DNA of 64,000 nucleotides from contig OZ024741.1 of assembly GCA_964016885.1 (NCBI GenBank), positions 315,270,001 to 315,334,000 on the forward strand, read 5' to 3'. The translations under genes and the position numbers were made by a program. Below the pieces are notes generated by a model. It did not search any database and had not been told where the DNA came from. It worked only from the letters and a program-made list of their open reading frames with translations. Shown here in pieces: positions 24,541 through 37,965 of the stretch (positions are counted from its first letter, which is position 1; each line of letters begins with the position of its first letter). Origin of the DNA: Eledone cirrhosa (Eukaryota).

Positions 24541-25657
24541 ATAATAATAATAGTTGTCATGCTGGTAATGATGCTACGGTATAGATAGACCGTAAACTGA
24601 AAGGTGGAACATGGAAAAATTAAGGATACTAATAAGATAAGAATTAAATACATGAATAAATTTTGAAGAATAAAATAGGAAATAAAAAAAAGCTGATAAA
24701 TTAAAAAATAGAAAAATGAAAATATAAATGAAAATAAAAATAAAATAAAACTAAAAAACGAAAGAGTTAATAACAATAAAAATAAAGCGTTGAGGTTGAA
24801 GGAGTATATAAAAAAATATAAGATTAGAATATATAAAAAGTATAACATAAAAAAAAAATATATATATATATATGTACACGTATACGTATATGCTCATACA
24901 CACATATGGAGATACACACGTACATAGATATATATACACACACGTAAATATTAAAAAAAAACATAAAAAATAAAGGATGTATGTATATAGAAACAAGAAA
25001 AGAACAGAGACAAACGAATAGTTTAGTAATCTATACATAATATAAAAGAGAGATATTTGTTTGGTGGTTGGATGGTTGGTTGGTTGGTTCCTAGGCGCAT
25101 CACACATTAACGAACACTGACCATCGAAACGTAAGTAGAGCAATATATACTTACAGATTCACCATCTTGGAATGGTTATGCTTGTTCAATCTTTTTTGGT
25201 AGGACAACTCTAAAGAAAGAGTTAATGGCCTGAGTAAAGATTTGACAGGGTTAATTTGGCAAAGTCAGTGAAACATGTGTAACCTGTCTATAGGGGTAAT
25301 TATTCTTTAGTTTAATAGTGTAAAATTACACACACCTGTACACCAGTTCCGAATACAGAGAAACCAAACTCCCACTGTCATCGCCTCCGCCTTTCCAGCC
25401 CGTCCCCTCTCTCACTATTCTGAGCAAATGGGGTCCCACGCGCAATGGATTGAGAGTATTCTCAGGAAGGTTTATTGATTCTAATTCTATAAAATCAAAT
25501 AATAAGAAAAACATCTTGGATATGCTACACAACCTGACTGCTATTTCTAGCACGTTGGGAATCAACCATAAGGGATTCTCTCTGCACGTTCGTTGTCAGT
25601 GATAATCGTGTTTCGCGTCACCGATTTGAACTCTGGTTTACACACACACACACAGAA

Positions 25658-25703
<46 letters not shown>

Positions 25704-25755
25704 TTATGTATAATTATCTATATCTATATATTTATTTTTAATCATTTTACGTAAT

Positions 25756-25897
25756 ACTGGTACTTTATTTTAAATACCCCGTATGGATGAAAGTTAAAGT
25801 TAACCCCGGCGGTATTTGAACTCAGACCATAAAGGACCGTAACTCTTTGCTGCAAAGCATGGCGTCAGACTCTCTACCGATACTGCCAATCCACCAC
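25756..25897 (-). mobile_element. SINE family 1, copy lacking the 3' tail
   Basis: Similar to 24400-24540. Confidence 0.8.
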
Positions 25898-26749
25898 ATA
25901 ATGACGTAATATACTAACTTCAAATGAGGAAGGGTGTAAAGGAGAGCAAATCTGGTTGTGTGGGAGAGTAGAGGAAAGAACAATAAAAGCGCTAAATGAG
26001 AAAAAAAGGAAGGGGAAAGTATAGACTTTAGGGCCAAAGAAGAAAATCAGGGGAAAGAGGAGAGGGTGATGTGCTCTGAGATAGGGCTTGGTGGTGTTGG
26101 GGCTGCACCCCGTGGACAATGTCCAGTGACACCCTCTTCAATAGCTACCCCACCTTGTGAGGCTCCTTCCTCAGATAGACTGGAACTCCTATCATCCTCT
26201 TGAGAAACATGGAGCTTAACAGTCAGGCAGATGATAAATAATCTCTTAAAGGTCACTATTCTTGGAGGCAATCATCAAGGAGAAAATGCATTTATTCCCA
26301 AGATTCCTCTAATCCCTTCCTCTACTGAGTTGCCATTCGAATTCTTATGACTTCAGTTCCCTGTTAGAGCCAGTTTTGCTATGACCATAAAAATGCTCTG
26401 GCTCAGAGTTGTAGAATCGAATAAATGAGAATCACATTTTCACTATGGACAGTTATATGTAGGTTGTTCACGAGTGGGAACAGCTAGAAACCTTCATATA
26501 CTATGTACGAATGATGAAACAAAGAATCTGGGGCATCTGGAATACTTTTACTGGGTGGGGGGGGGGTTATTTTGGGTTTGTTGTCACTCACACATACCAC
26601 AGTCTCGCCTCGTACTCTAAACCAAAGAACGCATTCAATATAGTCGTTTTCTCTTTTATGGGTCTTCTCTCATCTGTTTACCAGAGCGAAGCTGGCTCCG
26701 TCAGTTAGTAAAATATAAGAGGGGTCAGTGTAAGTAAATAAATAAATAA

Positions 26750-27735
26750 ATAAGTTGCAGTGAACCGTAAAGTTGGCGAAAAGTAACTAAACTAAAACAA
26801 AAAGAAAGAAACAAATTCTCCACTCACAGCATGCGAAGCCCATGGCCTCCAAATGCATAATACGCAACAACTTAACGCTGTCCAATAGTGCTAATTTTAA
26901 TATCCTGATCGCAGATTTGGTAAGATTGATGAAGAATGTGTCCTGCATGTGCGATCCAACTGAACTGGAAAGACACATCCAACACTTCATCAATCGCATA
27001 CAGTTTTCTGGCTACAATCGAAGAGACGGAATCAGGGTGTACAAAGGAGACACGGAGAAATATATGACCCTCATAGAGATGGATATGGAAGGCATTTGTC
27101 CACCGTACAGGAGAAAATCATGGTACACCATAGATAGGACTAAACAAAAGATAGGGGAAGCCACTTCATGGTACGACAACCAGAGATACAAAAGAGTGAT
27201 GTTTGTGTATGGGACACCTAGAGGTGAACTAGCTAACCAATTTAGATAGTCCCTAACAAAGACCCATTTAAAGATTAAAGTGGTAGAAAAGCCCAGAACT
27301 ACCATACAATCCCTAATCAGCAAAACATACCCCTTTAAGAAAAACCCACTGTACTAATAAGAAATAAGTGTTATGTAGAATAAATCCACAAATAAATTGT
27401 AAAACTAGAAATGTAGTCTATAGCTTAAGATGTAAAGAGGATCCTTGTAGAAACATGACAATATACATAGGAGAGTAAGTCTATAACATAGGGGAGGGCA
27501 TAGACGGCAACAACCACACATAAACACACACTTGGTAGAATACACACACATACAGACTCAGACACGAACGTACACCCATCAGAAAACATGCACACAAACG
27601 CATGCGTAAACAGAGACATCAATAAATAAATGAATAAATAAAATAGAATAAGTAAACATTACAGCACAACGGGAGGAAATATAATAGTGTCACGGATGAT
27701 GTCACAGGTGTGTGACGAAAGAACTCTGAGAGACT
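26750..27735 (+). mobile_element. Penelope-like element 3' fragment (thumb, decayed GIY-YIG, pLTR)
   Basis: ORF 26842-27249 (NSA...ILIADLVRLMKNVS...LQFSGY-like...MFVYGTPRGELA), then NVVY and YIGES-like remnants at about 27410-27480. A hammerhead-like motif at 27690-27729 precedes (TA)n. Confidence 0.7.
27690..27729 (+). ncRNA. Degenerate minimal type I hammerhead motif
   Basis: TCA-CGGATGA-T-GTCACA(GGTG)TGTGAC-GAAA-GAAC-TC-TGA, with one core change (U4 to G). Confidence 0.55.
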
Positions 27736-28089
27736 ATATATATAATTATTTATATCTATATTTTTAACTGTTGGTAAATCAATGATAAACATAGATTTCC
27801 TAGCTGAATTAACTATAAGGATCTAAAATATATTGAAGCGAAAACCAACCCAAACCAAACAGTTAGTGAGATTTATTATTATTTCTGAAAATATTATAAC
27901 AACATGACCCTCGCCAAATATAAGGATATTTTAATAATTGATATAAAAATTGATTTTAATATTTTCTATTTTCTTTAATATATAAAGTACTAAGTTTTAT
28001 ACTGATCTTACTAATCTCATTTAGTAAAACGACTGATCGTTCTCCCCACCTCTCTTTCTCCATATAGAGGGAGATATATCTCCTATTCT

Positions 28090-28136
<47 letters not shown>

Positions 28137-28150
28137 TTGTCTTTGAACAG

Positions 28151-28259
28151 ATGTACAAGAGCTAGGAACAAGTACCAATGATATAATGGCGGTTGTGTTT
28201 CCTATAGTTTGCCTTTTAATCAGCCTAATTTTAGCTGCGTTGGCAGCAGTAATTTACAG
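28151..28259 (+). CDS. Transmembrane exon of the EGF-repeat membrane protein
   Basis: TTTGAACAG acceptor and GTATGT donor. The phase 1 start is compatible with exon 6713-6844. Translates (D)VQELGTSTNDIMAVVFPIVCLLISLILAALAAVIY(R). Confidence 0.8.
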
Positions 28260-28596
28260 GTATGTAATTTCTTGTATCAATATAATTGTTATAAGTAACT
28301 GGTGAATTTGAATGTGTCTGATGTTTTGATTTAGAGTCAATAAAATTGTTGTTTTTTTCAATATGTATACCTTGTGTAATTGTTGTTGCGTATGTGTTTG
28401 CGATGACTGTTCAATATAAACACATATTTTCCCAGTTACGCTGTCCTGTGAATATTAATAACAACGTTTGAAAATATTATATGTGCTAATTGCAGTCTTG
28501 TGACTAATTATTGCCTCATAATTTGACCAGGACATTTTTAAATTTCTCATTAACTTGACACCAACATATTCATTTTTCGTGTTAGATAGGCTAAAA

Positions 28597-28915
28597 CAAA
28601 GGTGTGCAACATATTCCATTGGCGGGCCAGTTTTGAACATTGGAACAACTATTAGGGCCATTAATATTTATTAAGCACTATTCCAAAGATTCACCAAAAC
28701 TTCTCTCCATAACATGGAACTGGAAAATTATAATACGCATAACCCTATCAGTGAAGCCCTTTAATATAGGTCAACTAATAGAAAAGTGTATTACGATTAC
28801 GAAACAAATTCTAAATAAGCCTACAAGGTAAAAATTAAAAACGGTTATCGCGGGAAACTCTGAGTGGTCTGGCGGTCCGGATTGTGGCCCACGGGCCCCC
28901 CGTTGCACGTCCCTG
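28597..28915. mobile_element. Non-autonomous hAT (Charlie-like) MITE
   Basis: Imperfect TIRs CAAAGGTGTGCAAC / GTTGCACGTCCCTG, a perfect 8-bp TSD GGCTAAAA (28589-28596 and 28916-28923), and subterminal GCGGGCC/GGCCCAC motifs. Confidence 0.85.
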
Positions 28916-30648
28916 GGCTAAAACAAGCGTTGCCTCGATGTTATTTGAATACAGATACATCGGGCACAAAGATGGAAACTGTAGAGTATGTCATTTGTTT
29001 CTCTATATTGTGCATTTCATTTACATTTCATATTAGTATTTTATTGTTTTTTTTTAGAAAATATTTTGATTAGCTAATTACATTTTCTATAACCGAAGCA
29101 ATGTTAATTTTATCATACCATTGCATCAAGTACGAAATGTCACGAGTCAAATGGATATTTATTTAAATAATGTATAATTTAATAAAATATGAAGTCTTAT
29201 ATAGTTAGGACATCTCTACCAGTCACCTGATATAGTTGTGAATACAATGAACACAACGGTACAGTCCTATATATATGGAGAGAGAGACAAGTAAGCCGTA
29301 AGATGACAACTTCGTTAGATTAAATTCTTGGTTTTAACAGGTAGCATATTTGATTGTATAATAAAAACCATCAGTTGTTTTTAAAAGATTGTTGATATTC
29401 CTAGATTTGACAGAGGTCCAAATAATGTAATGGGGATTTAATTGATTAAAACTAACGCAGGATAAACAGATAATTTGAAGAATACAGTTCAAAACTGTAA
29501 AATTGATCTTATTACTCATTGTTCTTGTCATGAACAATGTGAGTGATTCCTAACTTAAGAAGAGGTACTCAAATTTTAGGGAGTGATAGATGTAAATACA
29601 TCGAGGCCATTAGTTATAGAAAGTTTATCAGGAACGGAAGAATGGAAGTCACGTTTCTACTGAATGAGATATGAATTCTGTGTTAAATGACAAAACGCAT
29701 TATATGATGTCATTAAGAACAGCGCGCTACTGACTCTACTAACCAAAACATTTCGGAAATTCAATAAAAGCATTGTTATAACGAAACCAAATGTAATATT
29801 CCATATTTTTTCACTACTCCATTAATCCAAGTTCAAATACATATGGAGATAATTTCCTGTTTCACAACTGTATAATTTACTGGAGTTGGGGTCTATTAAT
29901 TTTATCCCTCTTCTGTTGTTGAGCTCATGTCAGTCATTACTGAGGAAACCTATGATCAAAAGCATTCCAGTCAAGATCATACTACCATGTAGGTGTCTTG
30001 CGGACAACATTAACCAAAGTGTTTTTGATTGCTTTCTTTAGTTGGTTGAGCGGTCATAAAGTTAGTTTCTCAACCTCACTTTTTTAATAAATACGTTAAC
30101 CATTCAAATACCTTTACCTCATGCATTATCCTTATTCAATAGATCATGTCATATATATTATCTCAATAACTATATATTTCCCAAACCCAGTTAAAATAAA
30201 ATTTAAAATACGGGATAACTCTCAATCTGGTGAAGTCTAAGACAAATATCATAAAATATATTATCCAGAAATCTAATTATATAAGAAGATAAACAATTTT
30301 TCAAACAGTTACCAATGTGCATCAGCAGCACTGATATATGTACCTTAAGCATATTGCTAATAGTAAATATAACATACATGGCCACGATAATATAAACTGG
30401 CATGACATATGTATTGAGAAACCGAACCGATTCGCAATACAAGACTGTTACTTATTCTATCGACTAATCAGTAGCAGTGAAAATCACATTGGATCAGAAC
30501 ATAAATGAGTGAAAATAAGTAACACAAGGACATATTTTATATTGGTTAAAATAATTATCTTACCTAGGTTAATTGTTTCAATTATATAAGAATGTTCGAT
30601 GAGAATATCTTATAAGTGATACCAGAAGTTGTCTTCGATGAGAGTAAG

Positions 30649-31017
30649 TAATTGTTTCTACTTTGGGCACAAGGCCAGAAATTATCCCAGTACATTACTG
30701 GTACTTTATTTTATCGACTATGTAAGGATGAAAAGCATAGTTAACCTCGGTGGGATTTGAATTCAGTTCGTAAAGGGGCGTAACTAGTGCTGCAAAGCAT
30801 GGCGTCCGACCCTCTACCGACACTGCCAATCCAAATAATTGTTTCTACTTTTGGCACAAGGCCAGCAATTACTCAGTGCATTACTGGTACTTTATTTTAT
30901 CGATCCCGTAAGGATGAAAGGTAAAGTTAACCTCGGTGGGATTTGAACTCAGATCATACAGGGAGGTAACTCCATGCTTCAAAACATGGCGTCCGACTCT
31001 CTACCGATACTGCCAAA
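30649..31017 (-). mobile_element. Head-to-tail dimer of SINE family 1
   Basis: Two copies (about 30649-30833 and 30834-31017) joined through AATAAT. Confidence 0.85.
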
Positions 31018-31367
31018 GATATGACTGAATATGAGATTGTCACCAAGTCGTCATTCCCTCCTCAATTATATTGATTTTGTTAAGTACAATGTTATTTGAT
31101 AATTTTTAAATTTCCATTTGCTGTAATAACATGAATAATTAATTTGTAATTTAAATGTATCATGTTTTTTGTCTTAACCTGTAAAACATAGTTCTCTACA
31201 TTACAATCTTGTTCTCACTTTCACCACCCACTTGTTCAAAATATAACTACTCTCACAGACACCAGGTGCCATGATTGTATTAACATATGTAGGCGATAGA
31301 GTAAACATGATATGTTGTAATTAGGATACATACTAAATTGTAATGAAATATTTACATACACTTGCAG

Positions 31368-31431
31368 GAGGAAAAAAAGAACAAATATAAAGTCAGAAGA
31401 CAGCGAAAGCGATTTGGAAAATACAGAATAA
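31368..31431 (+). CDS. Probable last coding exon (short cytoplasmic tail) of the EGF-repeat membrane protein
   Basis: CTTGCAG acceptor. A phase 2 join to the TM exon gives ...VIY-RRKKRTNIKSEDSESDLENTE-stop, with a basic stop-transfer cluster directly after the TM helix. Confidence 0.68.
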
Positions 31432-32228
31432 ATGACAGAGTGATTAACTTTCTGCACTGTGTCATAGCACTAATCTTCTTTATGTACGCTCTCTTCTCAT
31501 ATTTTCATTTCTTTCTCTTCACTTCTTTTGACTTTCACTTTTTCTCCTTCTTTTTTTCTGACCCATCTATCCTTTTTTAAAATCACGCCCTCTCTTAGTT
31601 TTTAGTGACTACTTCATTGGTTGCCTTGTAAACTTGTAACTAACTACTTAGAAGAAGCATGACATCTTCAGCTACATCTGTATATCAATGAATCCCATAA
31701 GAGAGACGAAATGTGGCTCGAGATCAGTGAGATAAAATCTCTTGTGGTGGTATCATTTGAAGAAGTATATATCTTTATATATTTTTGTGAGTCGCTCAGA
31801 TGTCTAGCCACCCTATTTAAGACCGGAATGTTATTATTGGGTACAATTAACGTATTTCACATGATTGAACATTTTTGGACAAAGGCTTCAGTGTGAGAAA
31901 ACATGATAGCTTGCCGTGTTCCTTTCAGGATCATCATCTACCGTATAGCTCCACTGACTTTCAACGAGCGAAACGATAAGATATCTCCCATTGGATACCT
32001 TTAGCTAGACAAAGCAGAACTATACAATGTACGTGACGTTTCGGAAGACTATATTTTCTGTTCGGGCTTATTTTTTACTCATGTTTTCTTTCAATCATTA
32101 CATGTTTTCGATAGAAGAATGTAGTCTACTACACTTTTCCAGCTGGATGAGCTACACATATTAAAGGAAGGGTTACTTGCAACTCAAATGTAACGCATTT
32201 CTTTTTCTATATTTATAATATTAATAAT

Positions 32229-32413
32229 TGTTTCTACTTTTGGCACAAGGCCAGCAATTACCCAGTACATTACTGGTACTTTATTTTATCGACCCCGTAA
32301 GGATGAAAGGCAACGTTAACCTCGACGGTATTTGAACTCAGACCGTAAAGGGACGTAACTATGCTAGAAAGCATGGCGTCCAACCCTCTACCGATACTGC
32401 CAATTCACAGCCC
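32229..32413 (-). mobile_element. SINE family 1, full-length with 17-bp TSD
   Basis: TTTATAATATTAATAAT at 32212-32228 and 32414-32430. Confidence 0.9.
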
Positions 32414-33922
32414 TTTATAATATTAATAATGGAAGCTATCAAAAATTCAAATTCATTAAACAATAAAAAAAAGTTGAGGATCAAATTGTCACATATTTTT
32501 CTTTAAAAATTGTCAAAATCAGAGAGAAATCCCTCATAACACTCTCGTCTGAATGTCTTGTTTGATGTTCAAGTTGAACATCTGTAAATCACTGTTAAAA
32601 CATGAGCCGGGAAATAAAACTAGACGGGCATTGTTCTGGACAGGAGAGATTATGGGAATCTTTAAATGGGGAGAGAATAATATTAAGAAGAAAAAGTATG
32701 AGAGTTGGCTAGGATACGATGAATACGCATCAGGTGAAAAAGTTATGCAAATATCTACAGCTGAACAACATGTCATTATACATGTGATGTAAACAGAACG
32801 AATAATAACAGACGACAAGTGTATGACTGTCCTTTCTGATTTGCTCAATAGTGATTGTGAGTAGCAGTAGCATTGTTGTGTAGATTTGAGCTGTAGTATA
32901 ATGTGAGTTTAAGTTGAACCTTGTAGAGTGTTAGAAATTGAGCGGGATTGATGTATTTTCTGGCTCTATATAGGGAATTTAATGTGTGTGAAACAATTTG
33001 TTCATGTGTTATTTCTTAGGTTTCATCAGATATTCCAATATTTGTATTAATGTTGAAAGTCTTAAGTGTATGTTAATCATAATTAGAGAGTACAAGGTAC
33101 GACATTATGTAACAGTTGTATGTACTGACAGAATTATTTCTTTTAGAGAACGTTATCTTCTTCATATTGACAGATGTTCTTAAAACCATGACTCACTTTA
33201 TGTTGGTGTGAATTAATGGTATTGTGTACAAGTGACACCTGTATGTGACAATCTAAGCAGGAGTAGAATGTAGCAAATGTTGAATTGCAGAGTGCCTCAT
33301 TAGAGGCAATTACAATGTAGAGCATCAGAGAATGGGTAAAGGCGGGAGACACTAATAAAATGTGAAGAAGACAAGATTTTATAATATATGTCAACTTATA
33401 TTTCCGTTAGATCTAGATCTGTGAAACCATATTCGTTGTCTCTGATGTCTGGTGGAGAGAAAATGTGATGCAATAAGTGGTTGTTGAGAATTGTTTGTAT
33501 TACCTTTCAGATATTGGAGGAAATATGTCCGAGGGGTCGACTAAATATTTCATAGGCTGAAAATTTCAAACTCTCATGGAGTGACTAAATGAAGTTCATT
33601 TTTCCACATAGTTCCTGGAAAGGAACAATGCACTTATTAATAAGAATATTTGAATTTAATGCATGCAAGATTTCACTGACCTAGCAGCATCACTCCTTTA
33701 TAGTTAGCCTATGAACTTCTCAGCTTACTCTTGTGTGTAATATTTTGTGTTAGGGAGATTGTGCATTAAGTCGCATACATTTAGGGAGAGAGGGGGGGAG
33801 ACAGAGAGAAATACAGAAATACAGAAACACACACACACGCACACACACACACGCACACAAACAAACACACACACACGCACACAAACAAACACACACACAC
33901 ACACACACACACATTCACACAA

Positions 33923-33975
<53 letters not shown>

Positions 33976-34014
33976 GTAAATGACAATGAAAGAGTGTTTA
34001 AACTACAAACATTT

Positions 34015-35720
34015 AATCACTGGCGATCGTTTCATCCTAACACAAGACCAGAATCATCGGAGTTGATAACAAAAGCCAAACACAAATATAATATCAAAAC
34101 TTTGTTACATGAACAGTAGGAGGATACATATTATGGGATGCTAGATGCTAGTCTAAACATTTATATAAGAGATAGAAAAAACCATATGAAGACTAGGAGC
34201 AGATAAAAGCAATAAAAATGTAAAAAATTAAAAAAAGCATTCTGTTACAGATAAGTTAAGTACAGTGAAAAACATATATCATAAGTATTTAGGAAAGTTA
34301 ATAAAGTTAATACGAGAAGGCATGCAATTCAAATATAAATTTTAAAATACATCTCCAAAAATATTTTTTTAAATATATTTAAAAATATATTTAAAATACA
34401 TTTTAAAAAGTTTAGATGCACGTGTAGCATAGTGAGGGATTACAGACAGATGCAAGACTATAGGTTCGACTACATAATTCAGTCATAATAATTATTATTT
34501 TTCAAAATGTCCAAATGAGCTATTGTAATGTTGAGTAAACAAATATGATCATCAAATTAAAAATCCAATATAGATGGAAGTATTATGAATTAGGCACTCA
34601 AGACATATCATCTAAAGCACCACATAGTTGAATAGAGGAGACAAAGTCATATGCTATCAAGAGTACAAATCATCCATATGAGTAAATAATGATATGTGAT
34701 TCAAGAAGGCAAGGGTTACAAATTTTATTGGGAGGTTTATAAGGTGAGGTTTTGGCAATCACTTTCTAGGTCAGGGTGTAAGGTGTAATATTATTCTTCA
34801 AAAATGATATAAAACTAGATAATGAAGTCGCATGCTTAAGTTTAGAGTTTTTGAAATTATGAATATGGGAATTATACCTCCTCTCAAAACTAGTCGAAGT
34901 AGAACCAGTATAGATTTTGGAGCTGATGGAACTGCTGACAGTACAGGAATAAACAATATTCTTAACGAGGCAATTTCTATTGAGAGGGCTTACGTTATTA
35001 AATCTACAATTATGGTTATCGATTAAGCAGTTTTCTGGGTAAAAATGTGAAGAGTTATTCGAATTAGATGTATGAGTGCTGCAATTCCTGTTAATATTTC
35101 TAGATATTAATGTATTATGAGAATGGTTACTAGTATTATTAGGTACAATATTGTTAAGTGTATCTACTGGTTGTGAATTGTTATTTAAGTTACAAGAAAT
35201 AAAATATTTATTAAATTTCTTATTATTACTACGCGCTATGTGATTAGCAATGTTTGGTGTTGTTGAATAAATATTTTAATGGTATTTTTATTAATTAAAT
35301 AATAGTATTTAAGTTTAAGTGGGAATCTTTATTCAATAATAGAGAAGAATATGTATATTAGTAGATACATTTAAGTTGGAAGGTGGATTAAAATATGAAT
35401 TAAGCCATCTTCTATTATTTTTATTTTTGTTACTAATAAGTATACTTAAAGTGATTAAGATTAAAACTATTTTGATTATTACCTTCAGTTTTATATTTAG
35501 TATTATAGATGTTAGGTTTAGTGTTATTACTATCCTCTTTATTCACAATATTTTTCTTATCATTAAGATGTTTTTGTTATAGAGAAAATGGCCGTTAGGA
35601 GGAATTGTAGAATGGTGGCTGTCATTATGTAATCTACTGTTTCCATTAATAATATTATTATCGTTATTAGTTTTTATATTTATAGGTTTTTTTCATAGCC
35701 ATATTATGTGAAATAATATT
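34015..35720 (-). mobile_element. AT-rich degenerate Penelope-like element (GIY-YIG + pLTR)
   Basis: The minus strand at about 34690-35015 reads HNCRFNNVSPLNRNCLVKNIVYSCTV...KIYTGSTSTSFERRYNSHIHNF...ATSLSSFISFLK...PYKPPNKICNPCLLE, a PLE GIY-YIG pattern. A decayed hammerhead at 34019-34063 lies next to (TA)n. Confidence 0.78.
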
Positions 35721-35726
35721 AGGTTT

Positions 35727-37965
35727 AAGTCGTTTGGAAGCCTCGACAATGCAAATGGGTAAATCTCCGGGTAACAAGGTCCGGTGGTGGAGAGAGAGAT
35801 GTAAGTGGGTGTACGTTGAGATGCGTGGTGTGTATAAGATGTGTAGAATGAAGGGAAGAGTATAACGGATAAAATAAAAGTAATAACACAAGAGAGAGTT
35901 ACCTTGGGAGAGATTTAATAGTCCCTATATATTTCGGATTCACATCCATCAACTGGGGTTTTTTTCCGGGGTGGGGAAAAAGATTGTCTGTCGGACAAGT
36001 CCGGAACGCGTCCTTCGCTGTTTGTTGTTTTGAATATCTGAGGTATTCGGCAGAGCGCGCGTGCGCGGAAAATGGAGTCGGTCGTACAGAGGTCAGCGGC
36101 CGAATGAGGGAGTGGGATGGCGCTAGCTGGCAGTCCATTCTCTGCCTGTTTGTTAAATGTTACTGTGTGTCTGTGTGCGTGTGTTGTTGTCTCGCTTGAG
36201 TGTGTGTGTGTGCGTGTGTTGCCTTGTTCCTCTGTATTGGCAGTGTAGTATGTTCGTATGGTGGAATGCTACTGTGTGTGTGTGCGTGTGTGTGTGTAGT
36301 TGTCTCGTTTGCATGTGTGTGTGCGTGTGTTGTGTGTTGTTGCATCGCTTGTTAACTTAAACCAGCCATCTCATTTCGCTTCTCTCTGGTCGGTTGTTTA
36401 TTTGCGGTTGCAGTCGTTTGATAAAAAGCGCTTCCTTGATACGTAACGTGTCGACGTTTCTTTCAGTCGCTAGAATTGTGACAATAGGCCTTCCGTCTTT
36501 GTTTCCGCATTTGTCTATGTGTTTCCGGAAAGACGAGGCCCTGGTTTTAGTGTGCTCCTTGATCCGGATGTGCAAAGGTCGAATTGTGCTATCTATGTAG
36601 TATTGGTTGCACCTGTCACATTCTATCTTATACACGACGTATGTGCGTAGGCAACAGTTCGCATGGCGTATCGGGCAGTCTCTGAGGGAGCAAGCGTCAG
36701 TAGATTTTTCGGGTTTCCTGGAGAGGCATCTTCGCAGAGAGGGCCCGAGTGGGCCAGGTGGATGTCGAGGCCCTCCCTCCGTATAGCCTTGCGGATAGCG
36801 TTGGTGGTTTTCTCGCCCAGGTGTGGAATTTTAAGGAAGCACTTGCCTTGGGTGCTTCTCTGTCTCTTGCGTCCGGTGTCTCCTATTCTGTCTGTGATCG
36901 AGGTAGGGTACCCGTTCGTCTCCAGCACCTCGAGGAATCGCTTGGTATGAGAGACACCACTCGCGAGATCGCTGCATCTGTTTTTGATTCGCGCGATCTC
37001 GTTCGTGATGTATCCTCTTTTGGCACTGTTAGGGAGGGCGGACTTGTAGTGAACGAATAGGTCCCTGAAGGCTGCCTTTCGGTAGAAGTTGCAGTGGCTC
37101 CTTCCCTGTTCCGTGATGTTGATTCGGAAGTCGAGGAGGGCAAGCGACCCGTCTTCGTTGGGGTGTTCAACACTGAAGTCAATGTTCTCGTCCGTGTTGT
37201 TGAACGTCTCATAGATTATGTTCGCCGTGTCTTAGGAAGATGTGAGGATGAGGATATCGTCCACGTACCTTGAGAAAAAGGCTACGGCGTTGGGGTGGCA
37301 GGCGTTGAGTGCCTTGCGTTCGAGGTTGTCCATGTAAGAGATCGCTAGCACACCTGATAGGCTTGATCCCATGGGCAATCCCGAGGTTTGTTGGTATATT
37401 TGGTCAAGGAATCCGAAGTAGGTGTTGTCGACGACGATGGATAGGAGTTGGTGTATGTCAGTGGTGGTGAGCCCGAAGCAGTGTAGGTCGGTGGATTGGA
37501 CGCGTTCCATTAGTATTTTGACGGCCGGGAGTGCCGGGACCGAGGCGTAGAGAGCGACTACATCAAGGCTGAAGGCATATCTGTTATTCCTTCTGGTGTT
37601 GGGATCCATTTGATGCAGGCGCTTCAACACCTCCTCGGAGCTGTTAACGTGTCCCGGCAAGGTGTCTAAGATGGGTTTGAGTATTCTGGCTAGGAGCCAT
37701 GAAATTTTGTAGAGTGGTCCCTCCACGCTCGATACGATGTGTGACGATGAACTTAGGTCCGAGGTGTAGGAGTTTCAGCTCGTCGCTCGTGAGCGTGCCG
37801 GTTAGGTCGGTGACCAGGTGCGTTGCATCGTTGAGGTATGTCTCGGTGTTGGTAGTTGCGGCGGTGGCGGTTGTTAAGTTGTTGTTTTCCACGTGGTTCT
37901 GGTCCGTCTGTTCGTTAGTGTCGATGTTCTCGTTGTGGCGTTTCGACAAGATCCACTCATATTTT
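35727..37965 (-). mobile_element. Penelope-like element (RT + GIY-YIG + pLTR), degenerate
   Basis: ORF 37232-37726 (FSLDVVALY, QQTSGLPMGSSLS, RYVDD) and ORF 36357-36635 (YKIECDRCNQYYIDSTIRPLHIRIKEH...EALFIKRLQPQIN). Confidence 0.92.

Noticed and set aside
26047-26420. Possible gag/ORF1-like remnant on the minus strand
   Set aside because: Only a vague resemblance and no diagnostic motif.
29209-29290. Possible extra exon bounded by AG...GTAAG after the TM exon
   Set aside because: Weak pyrimidine tract and a stop after seven codons in the required phase. 31368-31431 fits much better.
33530-33625. Mariner-like terminal sequence CGAGGGGTCGACTAAATATTTCATAGGCTGA
   Set aside because: No matching second TIR or transposase remnant found nearby.
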